A stretch of 58,840 nucleotides of DNA, the filler included, from Sphacelaria rigidula (taxonomy: Eukaryota), in the NCBI GenBank assembly GCA_964200075.2. It is 6 parts of 6 records of this genome, joined end to end, with 100 filler letters (N's around TTAATTAATTAA, not from the genome) between each part and the next. Parts side by side here need not be neighbours in the genome. Positions count along the whole stretch, not along the records: positions 49,119 to 58,840 come from CAXNAA020007894.1; 5 more parts are not named here. One strand, written 5' to 3'. The first letter of the stretch is position 1. Every line of letters begins with the position of its first letter. Positions 50,244 through 58,840 of the stretch are shown piece by piece. The notes below the pieces were generated by a model. That model had not been told where the DNA came from. It searched no databases and saw only the letters and a list, made by a program, of their open reading frames with translations. Made by a program: the position numbers and the translations under genes.

Positions 50244-51315
50244 CAAGGGGCCTTACAGACTTGGAATACGTTATACACTGCCCCCGATTCCCGAAAACCT
50301 TATTCTTGGTGACGGGGGAGGGGGGGTACACCCTTTGAAGGGGGGGGTATCCTCCTGATCAGATGGATCATGACGGTAGTAGGTCTGAGTGTGCATGCAC
50401 TCATGACGGTAGTAGGTATGAGTGTGAAGGACGTGCATGCACGACTTTTCCCGGCTTGTGCCAGGCTTGTGTACAAGTTGTGTGTGCTACGTTCAAGTCT
50501 CCAACATTATCCGTGGGAACATCCTCTCGTAATAATCGACTCGACAGCATGCGGCACGGCACATGAATCTGTCTAAAGTTCTGGAACCGTAGCCGTGGTT
50601 GTCGTAAGACCCGCATTTGTTTGAACAGATTATGCCAGCATGAATGAAAAATACACAACTGGGATTGGTTGCCGACTTCATCGACATCATCTTCACGAGG
50701 TTCTTATTTGTCGCTTCTACCTGCGTTGTTGTGCAGTATGCCGAACTTAAGAGATTGTCCCTCGACACAGCTGTCCGAACGCGAGCACTGCCTTCGCGGG
50801 CACTACGTGATCATCCTTGAATCATCTACACTTGGTTGATACTATGGGAGTACTGTCAGAATATTTTCATGGCTGTCGGAGTCTTGCAGTCAAGTCACAG
50901 TAGTACTGTATACCTCTACTGTCACTCAGCAACACGTACAACTCGTGGTACACTTCCCTTGATCGAAATACGGAACGCCATAGGGTTCTCGTCTTGAGTA
51001 CGCCGCCCTCTCCAGCATTGCGGCCTCACAACACCTACCCCGAAGTCATTTTCCAGCTGTCACCTTGATTGAGAAGTCATCATTCAACTGCCAAGTTTTT
51101 TTCACTACAGCCTCCAAAACAACTGATATGCCCAAACTTCTCGGTTTTGGGCTGCTCGGGTACAGGCCAGTGTCGTGGTGGTGAAGGTACCGTTCAAGTC
51201 CGTATTCTGACGAAGAAATAGGAAGAAAAAGTTTGTGGATCCCATTTTTTTTTCTCATTCTCGACCGCCTCTGGGGAGGGGGGGTATAATGGATCCCAAT
51301 CTGGAAGGCCCCTTG
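50244..51315. mobile_element. Non-autonomous CAAGG-ended TIR element (P/hAT-like) with 7-bp TSD, nested in Ngaro element
   Basis: ATACAGC|CAAGGGGCCTTACAGA...TCTGGAAGGCCCCTTG|ATACAGC. Confidence 0.85.
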
Positions 51316-51572
51316 ATACAGCTATTTGCTTTTGGCTAAAAAATTATGGATCATTTGGAATGTAGGAAAAAACGGAAAACTGACACAGACAAAACTGCGA
51401 AACAAAAACGCATTCTCCCAGTTGGGAAACTATCGGGCCAACCCGAGACTACCATACTTGATATTGGCCCGCCCTTGCGGACGGTCAATCTTCCCCCATT
51501 GGGCAGCCCGGTCTATCACCTCTCTCTCCTCTCTTTTCCTTCTCTTTACTCTTTTATTTTCTTGTTTGGACT

Positions 51573-52640
51573 TTACACCCCAACGAGTGCCTGCAATACG
51601 AATTTCGCTTCTTCACCCCCCGCTCTCACGTACGTCATGAAGGCCAGCGATTTCCACCTCCCCGCCCTTTGGATCTGCAGTTGCGACCACCCCCTTCGCC
51701 ACTGGATGTGTGGCCCCTCCGATCCTACCGGATTGCAGCGCGTATTGCGTCGGGTCCCTCCCTCCCTGTACTGCAAATAATTGGCCTAAGCGCGCTCGTC
51801 GTGCACGTGTGACTGCTACCCATCCGGTATTACCTACGGTCTGCATCAGCGGGGCTTTTACCCCCAACTCTGAGTGGTACTGAAGCAGCTCAAGTAAAAG
51901 CTCTAGTGCCCCTGTTTCCTCAGATCTGCCGGCGCCCTGCATACTTCCTCCTACTCTTGTTCGACTTACCAACGCCCCTAGGCGTTTTTGGTCCGCCTTG
52001 GAGGCTCTCCAACGCACCTCGACTCTATCAGCCCAGCCCCTGCCTGACCACTTCAGTTGGGAGTTTTCTCTAAGGAAGGTGAGATCTCTCCTCCAGAGCA
52101 AAAATCTGGATGTACCGAACCATCTTTGTATGCCCAGATTTCGGAGGCCCTACTCAATAGAAAATACGATAGGGCTAGGCCTACCCATGTGACTCGCCTC
52201 TGTGTCGTTTTCGTCTCTAGCATCCTCCCTTGTACCAACAGTGATAGCGTCAGCGGTTTTCGCATGCGGGGCCTTACTTCCGATTTTCGGTGTGCTCGAT
52301 CAACTCCCTTAAGCACGGCTGCTATCATACAGTGTTTCAAAGGTAACTCCCAACCGGTATGCATCTTGTGATGATAGCTTATCGCTGACAAATACCCCCG
52401 CACTGTCTCCCTCTGGTCCTTGTGGTTGAAGAGCCGCCACGCAATAAATGTGGTTATATCGATATCCGCGCTAGCCTCGCCGTCGGTCATTGTCATATAT
52501 ACGGGTCTTTCTCGGCGTGCCCTCCACTCTGACCACGTCTCGAACTTTTTCTCGTCCCCGCCTCTTGTGCTGGCGCTAATCGATGCGTGGGCTAATATTT
52601 CTACTAGCTTCGCAACGCCCTTCTCGTTTCTAGCGGGGCC
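51573..52640 (-). pseudogene. Tyrosine recombinase ORF of the Ngaro element (frameshifted)
   Basis: ETVRGYLSAISYHH (core-binding), RKPLT, LSYFLLSRASE (catalytic R), SKADQ, YALQSGRIGGAT (H-x-x-R with H replaced by Q), RAGRWKSLAFMTYVR (W and catalytic Y), spread over ORFs 52053-52496, 51613-52101 and 51573-51776. Confidence 0.92.
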
Positions 52641-52788
52641 TCCTGTTTGTCCTGCGATGACATCACGAGTTCAGCGCGGGTTCAGTATTGTTGTCTGGAC
52701 ATTACGCCCCAGATCTGTTCGTCTAGGCTGTGATCCAAGAGTTTCTCTTGCAGAATCATTTCTAGTAACTCTTTGCCTCGATTCCCTA

Positions 52789-53567
52789 CAGTAGTGGGCG
52801 GTCTAACCACTCAGGGGTGTTTTGGAGTTTTCCCCGCGTACTACTCTTCGATAGAGCTTGAAATTGCTAGCGTCGGTGGATTTTGCTACAAAAAGTAAAT
52901 CATCGTCGAAACACAGTGCCCAAGTCAGTGTCAGTTGATGTTATCGGGCGATACGAGTAAATACACTGTTTATCAGTTTGTATGTTTGTTTGTTTTTTCT
53001 TTTTCTTTTCTCTCCCCGTTGAACTCCGGGGAGCTACTTCTCACCGGTTTTCGTGGCGTCGCTCTTCTTCTTTTTTTTTTTTATTTTGGTAATGTGTCTG
53101 GGAAGGAATAGCAGGGGCGGTATTGGAACGGCGAGCCTACGTCTGTGACCACGGGTTCGCAAGATCGGACTAATGTGCAGAAATAATAATAATGATAATA
53201 ATAATAATGAGGAGGGTGTTATTGACCGTAAACACACACTTTTTCGGAGAGTGCAATGAGTAGGTAAAATTTCGAAAAAATAAAACTGTACATTTCTTCA
53301 CAAATGTGATTGGGACAGGACCGATTGACCGAAAATACCAAAGAGTAAGAATCTGGCCTGAAACGTGGCAGGACCCCTGATGACTGGTCAGCCCGTAAGT
53401 CACCCAATATTGAGTACATATGATTTTTTTTTAATGTGGAGCGGATACAAATACGTTCAGATCCTCAATGTGATGAGCGGTGACGAGCAAAAAGAGCCCA
53501 AGAAAATCGCCGATCACGAAAAGATCACCAAATGCCACAAAATGAATGGTTAGACCGCCCACTACTG
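52789..53567. mobile_element. Tc1/mariner-type non-autonomous element (TA TSD), nested in Ngaro pol
   Basis: TA|CAGTAGTGGGCGGTCTAACCA...TGGTTAGACCGCCCACTACTG|TA, with perfect 21-bp TIRs. Removing it rejoins ..WKQQDL-GNRGKELL.. Confidence 0.92.
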
Positions 53568-53980
53568 TAGATCTTGCTGCTTCCAATTGAGGTTCCCCGA
53601 GAACCGTGCTACCCTCTCGGCAACCTCCTACTCCGGCCATGTCGAGATGCCGTCTGATTGTTCGTCTTCGACACCGGGTATGCGTTTTGCTATGATACAC
53701 CACCCGGTTGCAACTTCCATGCGACCCATAATTCTCATCAGGAGAGCGGCGCATCTGTCTTCCGATCCCCCACATTTATTTACCCAGTGTACGCCCGACG
53801 AGTTGTCACCGCGCATCAGGATTGGATCCCCTCTCTCTGTGGGTCTTTTGCCCGTGAACACCTGGATAGGGCAGGCGGTCATGAACATTCCACACAGTTC
53901 TAGTAGATTGATCGTGATGACGCAGGTCTCTCTCATTTCTGCTTTCCTCTTCAGTTCGCATGTGAGGTAATGTGGGAGAG

Positions 53981-54930
53981 TATGTGTATTGTGTGTGCTG
54001 TCATCCCATCTATTCTTGACGCTGGGCTCATCAACCGGGTTCGTAATTGTGTTGACCTTCCTCCTGTGTGAACCGGGTCTAGCCGACATGTGCGATGACT
54101 CCGACCCCTTTGCGGAAAATGAACTAAATGATTTGATTTCTCATTCTGACGCACACTCCTGTGCGATAATTCCGACATGTGCGATTCTGAACAAACCAAA
54201 CACTCTGCCATGTTGTGTTGGGAACGCACACCCCTGTGGGGTGACTCCGACGTGTGTGATTCTGGCAAAATCAAATACCCTGCCATGCTGTGCTGTGAAC
54301 GCACACCGCCTGTGCGGTAACTCCGACATGTGCGATACGGAGCAAAACTTCACACTCCTCTGTTGTACTGGTGGCGCACCTTTTGGATCTCATCCCTGTG
54401 CGATAACCCCACCATGTGCGATACAGAACAAACCTCTAGCGGAGACACTGATAGGCACTGCACTACGTGCGTGTAAATCTAAGGAAAACCTGTTTGTGGT
54501 GTTGTATGGGAAGAGAGGAGAAAACTGCGGTTGGTGCAGGTAGGTATTGAGTTGTAGGCTATCGCCCCGTAGTAAGAGGTACGGTAGGTCAGCACCGCAT
54601 CGCGAATGTCCGGTAGTGTGGTCCTTTTTTTATTTTTTTGTACGGTCGCCGTTTAAAACCAATAACTCAGGAGTAAAAAAAGGTTTTATATGTTTGCACC
54701 TGCTGCAAACAGCGGTGAGCCCCGGTTGCAACCGCGAGACAAACTGATTGTGGCAGATTTTCTATCCTGGGGCCACACCCCGGGGCTCCAATGTCGGAGT
54801 CATCGCACAGGGGTGTGATGACCCCGACCCCTGTGCGGAAAATGGATTGAATGGTTTCCAACTCGAAAAATTAACGCACAGGAGTGCGATGACTTCGACC
54901 TGTGCGATGACTCGCACAATTACGGTATCG
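53981..54930. mobile_element. Composite insertion in the RNase H: SINE tail plus repeat-rich element with ~75-bp tandem units
   Basis: Recurrent TGTGCGAT.ACTCCGAC motif; tandem units at 54150-54420; partial inverted ends CGTAATTGTG (~54042) / CACAATTACG (~54914-54923). Confidence 0.65.
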
Positions 54931-55458
54931 TCCTACCGCTGCCAGGCTTGCGTCGGAGATGTATACGCGAGATGCGGTGCGTTTGGTACGGGCAAAGAAC
55001 GGGGCGCTAAACGATTCGCCGCGTTGTACCAAGTTATCTGCGATAGCCCATTTCCAAAAAGCGATATCCCCGTGAAATTCCCATTCGAAGTCCACTATCC
55101 ATCTCACTTTTTTGCAGTTTCATGGAGGTCGGTGACGCGTGGCAGCTGCCATACGAAATATTTTCCTGGTCTTACAACAAATGTGAGGTTCCAGACTTTT
55201 CCAGCTATGCTAAGTACGTCTTGCGCGGCTGCGCGTTTCTTGTCTGTAGGCCAGTCGCGCTCCATCAGACCCTTGATAGCTTCGACTTGTCCTCAAGTGG
55301 CCGCTATCCTCATGGTACGTGTGTTGATCGTGAACCCCAACGTGTCTACGCCGGTGTTCCAGTTTGTACTTTTTGGGGGTGCGAGAATGACTATCTCGCC
55401 TGGCTCTTCAGGACCGAACAATCTGATGTGATCTGAGGCTAGTGAAGCTGAGGCGACT

Positions 55459-55768
55459 TTTTTTCTTTCCTCACACTTCGAACCCCTCCCCTCCCTCGGG
55501 ATGAGTCCCTGGTCTCAAGAGATCAAACCATCTCTCCCCCAGTACATGCCTTTCACTTTTGGTCTCGCGGATTGGGTCAGTACTCCCGCACCGCGTCAAC
55601 TCACGTCACACAAACCCGGTCGACTATTTTGTTTCCTCACACTCTCACGCTTTTCACGGTGGAAATCATACATGACGAAGAACAAACCCAACGCATCGGG
55701 AATCGAACCCACGTTCTCTTCACCCCAATGGCGACAGTCGGACCATTACGCCACCGGGACGCGGGAAA
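55459..55768 (-). mobile_element. tRNA-derived SINE inserted in the Ngaro RT
   Basis: Head GTCCCGGTGGCGTAATGGTCCG..GGGTTCGATTCCCG and A-rich tail, flanked by a GACT duplication. Same family as 16040-16272. Confidence 0.85.
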
Positions 55769-57444
55769 GACTAGCGCCAATTTATCTTGCGCGCCATGCT
55801 GTACCTTTTCTAGGATGTAATCATCGATGTATACGCCAACGAAAAAAAGGTGGTGCAGCCCCCCCCTTTTGCTGGGGGAATGACAGCGTCGGGCACAACT
55901 GGTGTAGATGTCCTTTTTTCCCAGGGCTCAACTATGGTCACGTGTTTCATCATCTCTCTTCCTTCTTCGAGTATTGCAGCGTCGAGCATTGTGATATTAC
56001 CGTGTGCGTGCTCAAAGGCCTGTAATATGGGTTCTCAGTAGCCGGGGAATCCCGTTCATCCGAACGTGAGCCTGGTTCCTCTCTTGCTGTTGTTGACGTT
56101 CCTCTTCATGCTCCCACTGTCTTTGTTGCGCCCATTGCTCGAGCTCCTGGTGTACCTCTGTGTTGATGTTGGTCTTGGCCTCGTAGAGCTGCTGCTGCTG
56201 CTGCTGCTGCTCCCGATGTCGGTGTGTCGGCCATTGTAAAATCGATCAAGTGCCAGGGGACTGCGGTACTAGTGAGACTGCTAGCGTGTTATCGCTGTCT
56301 GGGTCGTCTGATCTCGAGTGATACTGTCTGCTTTGCTGCTCTTGCACCAGACCAGTCTCGCTCGCGTGGACAACACTCTGCGACAGTGACGCCTTAGCTA
56401 CCCGAGCCCTTATACTTGATAATCCATCATCCGCCAACGCAAACCTCGTATTCTTGCAGACTACAGCCGGTCTGACTGGAGCTTCTCCGTCGTTTTACGC
56501 TCTACGAGGAGGCTGTAATAGATTACCGACATTGGGCTACTACAAATGTTCATGGTTGAATTTTTTTTTCAAGTATCGCCACCGCTGACCCTAACCCGAA
56601 ACCAACGCATACCGAGAACCCTCGGGCATGAGCTGTACATACATTCCCTAGGCGAAGTGCAGCCTTGGTAGATCCCAAGTCGACGCCTGTGTCACCGATT
56701 TCAACGAAAACGCGTTCTGCGCAGGCGAGGAGCACACGGGACTGTCAGCCCTACCAAAGATCCGATTCTCGTTGTACACACTCGAATCAAGTAATATTAA
56801 TCATGGACATTTGTAGCCCAACGCCAGTAACCTTCACTGCCCAAAGGAGGGCTAGGTAGATTTCCGCACCTAGGAATGCATTGCTTTACTCGTTGAGACG
56901 GGTCCAGGACACGTGTACGTTTCCCCGGTCGCCGCAGTATTCATTGGATTTAACATTTCTCCAAGAAGAAATGCAAGTTTGGTGAGCTAAAAACAAAAAA
57001 CTGCAACCACCGCAAAACGCGAAGGTGTGCTGAACTTTCACAATGAATGACAGCAATGCATTTCATGGTGTCAAACTTTGCCTACTCCTCTATAAAGGCG
57101 TAGAACAACGCAGAAGCTTCTAGAATACGGTTTTCTAGATTTTTGCTTTGCTTTTCGTGAAAGACTCACTTTTTTCTTGGAACAGAAATTTCGACGGAAG
57201 AGTTATACGGTACAGACAGTATCACCAATACGCGGGAAGTAGCGGAAGCAGCCAAGAAAAACATAAACAAGAGAGCAGAAAGTTAGCGCGATTCAACGTA
57301 TCTGAAAAGGTGACGAGTCATCATCCGGTGAAAAAACTATGGCAGACTTTATTAAGGAATTCCAACTTGCGTGTGCGAGGTTCTTGTAACATTCGGCTCG
57401 AAACTCCTGAAGTTGAGCCGTTTCCTACGGTTTGTATTGTTTCG

Positions 57445-58840
57445 GGCTCGTATTTTCCAGTTTTGAGACATTTGACGCGGTTTTTGGCCGCAAAACAGCG
57501 AATATCGTCATCACACGTCTTGGGCACTTTGCATCGCCCCACCGGGAGGGGTCTAGCTCACCGCTCCGATTCGCACGACGCCGGAGTTTCGACGACGGCC
57601 TCTGGACAAAAATACAGCTGCAAGATAAAATGCGGTATCTGAAGGTATTTTCACTCGTGAGCCGTGCGAATCGGAAGCGTAGGCTAGACCCCTCCCCCTA
57701 GTGGGGCGATGCATAGTGTTCAAAATGTGTGATGGCGATACTCTCTGTTTTGCGGCCAAAAACTGTGTCAAAAATGTCTCAAAAGTGGACGTGCAAGCCC
57801 AAGTGAAAATGAACCGTTGGACACGGCCTTGTGCAGGATATTTGACTTTCTGTGTGGCATCGCAGCACCTGTGTGTCCAACTGGAACAAGACCATTTTTG
57901 TGGGGACAAGTATCCGCACTTGTACAAATCTAGGGATTTGAGCCTGTCTTTGAGCGATTTTCTCCCGCAAAATTAGTTTTCGGAGCTCGGTCCGTTGGGA
58001 AATGTTCGTCGGCTACTTGTGAGGAAACAATGTTTTCGTGAGATTCAGAGTAGAGGATACGATTGAGAGTGAAAAGCGGCCAAGCAGTGAAATAATTGTT
58101 TCGGTTCCGAAGTGCCCCTTCACGAGGCCCGGTATGCTTTCTGTACTAGCTTGCCAATGAGGCCTTTGATATCCCTGAGTATCGACGTGTAGCTGGCAGC
58201 ATACGCTAGTGATCGAGGCAAAGAAAAGCACGCACGGAATGAAAAAAATGGCCAAGTTTAACCCTTAGACCGCGAGGTTAGTCTTATGTTGAATCGGCAT
58301 CAATTTCAAGTGAATAAAAGTATGCATGATCCAGGAAGACTAAACTCGCGGTTTTAGGGTTGAGCGAACGATCAAAGTCACTCTCAATCAGCCCTCTACT
58401 CCCATTCTCACAAAAAAATGTCGTTTTAAGTCGACATACTCTCAGATATGCATGTACAAAAAGCAGATCTGCGGACGAAATACGTCTTGTATACATGCAC
58501 AATCGGGAGTGTCTTGATTGGAGCAGAAAGGTAACATACCAAAGGTCAACACCCGGAGAATCGGAGATTTGACGTGGTTTTATCACAGGTAGCCGAGAAA
58601 CATTACCCAACGGACAGGCCCTAAATATCAATCGGCGGGAAAGATTCGCCTGCAGACAGGCTGAAATCCCCAGATTTGTACAACTGCAGATTTGTTCCCA
58701 CAAAAGGTGGTCTAAGGCCGGACGTTATGGCAAACAGAATTTCGGCCCACGAATTGTTCACTTTTGGGACGTTTGACACACCTCTTGACCCCCAAACAGG
58801 GGAAATCGCCAACACACGTCTTGGACACTTTGCATCACCC
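57445..58840. repeat. Nested inverted-repeat (foldback-like) region
   Basis: 57455-57580 is inverted at 57660-57790. 57700-57970 is inverted again at 58635-58840 (e.g. TGTACAAATCTAGGGATTTGAGCCTGTCT vs AGACAGGCTGAAATCCCCAGATTTGTACA). Confidence 0.75.
58262..58359. mobile_element. piggyBac-type MITE, TAGACCGCG family
   Basis: TTAA|CCCTTAGACCGCGAG...CTCGCGGTTTTAGGG|TTGA. Confidence 0.75.

Larger units (their letters stand above)
52690..56025 (-). pseudogene. Reverse transcriptase / RNase H ORF of the Ngaro element, interrupted by three insertions
   Basis: RT: ..FFVGVYIDDYIL (~55845-55810), ASDHIRLFGP, TLGFTINT. DIRS-type RNase H: YISDASLAAVG (~54960-54930), INLLELCG, LMRGDNSSGVHWVNK, IPGVEDEQSDGIS. 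Confidence 0.88.
49842..56468 (-). mobile_element. Ngaro-type (DIRS order) tyrosine-recombinase retrotransposon, decayed, with split direct repeats
   Basis: Minus-strand order: A1 (56468-56229), ORF1 start, RT (YIDD), RNase H, YR, B1 (~51497-51443), A2 (50243-49966), B2 (~49900-49842). The A copies share TAAAATCGATCAAGTGCCAGGG...CACCAGACCAGTCTCGCTCGCGTG...TCTTGCAGA.TACAGC. The B copies share CCGAGACTAC..TACTT.ATA.TGGCCC.CCCTT.CGG..GGTCA.TCTT. Confidence 0.85.

Noticed and set aside
51573..52640. Phage integrase / prophage or Crypton
   Set aside because: The recombinase is linked to RT, DIRS-type RNase H and split direct repeats, which identifies a YR retrotransposon.
54150..54420. Cys-rich repeat protein (ORF 53989-54543) or CRISPR-like array
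   Set aside because: These are tandem ~75-bp DNA units within a non-coding insertion that interrupts the RNase H.

Overview
This is repeat-rich eukaryotic genomic DNA. The short GT-AG exons, long introns and transposon spectrum suggest a brown alga or other stramenopile (inference). The window is not contiguous: five 100-bp N-TTAATTAATTAA-N spacers join six separate ~9.72-kb scaffolds sorted by length (1-9725, 9826-19549, 19650-29373, 29474-39196, 39297-49018, 49119-58840). Three partial host genes can be spliced by hand: a divergent Amt-family ammonium transporter (first 2 coding exons, +), a multi-TPR co-chaperone-like protein (last 6 exons, +) and a myosin motor domain (8 exons, -). The rest is mostly mobile DNA: a Ty1/Copia gag remnant, an internally deleted Ty3/Gypsy pol, several tRNA-derived SINE families, and many non-autonomous TIR elements (CACGGG-ended hairpins, CAAGG-ended P/hAT-type, Tc1/mariner-type, TTAA piggyBac-type). 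The most informative structure is a decayed Ngaro-type tyrosine-recombinase retrotransposon that keeps its A1-ORFs-B1-A2-B2 split direct repeats and carries four nested insertions. Also notable is one TTAA site in a shared host repeat that holds two different piggyBac-type hairpins on two different scaffolds. I found no intact, clearly novel multi-gene system.
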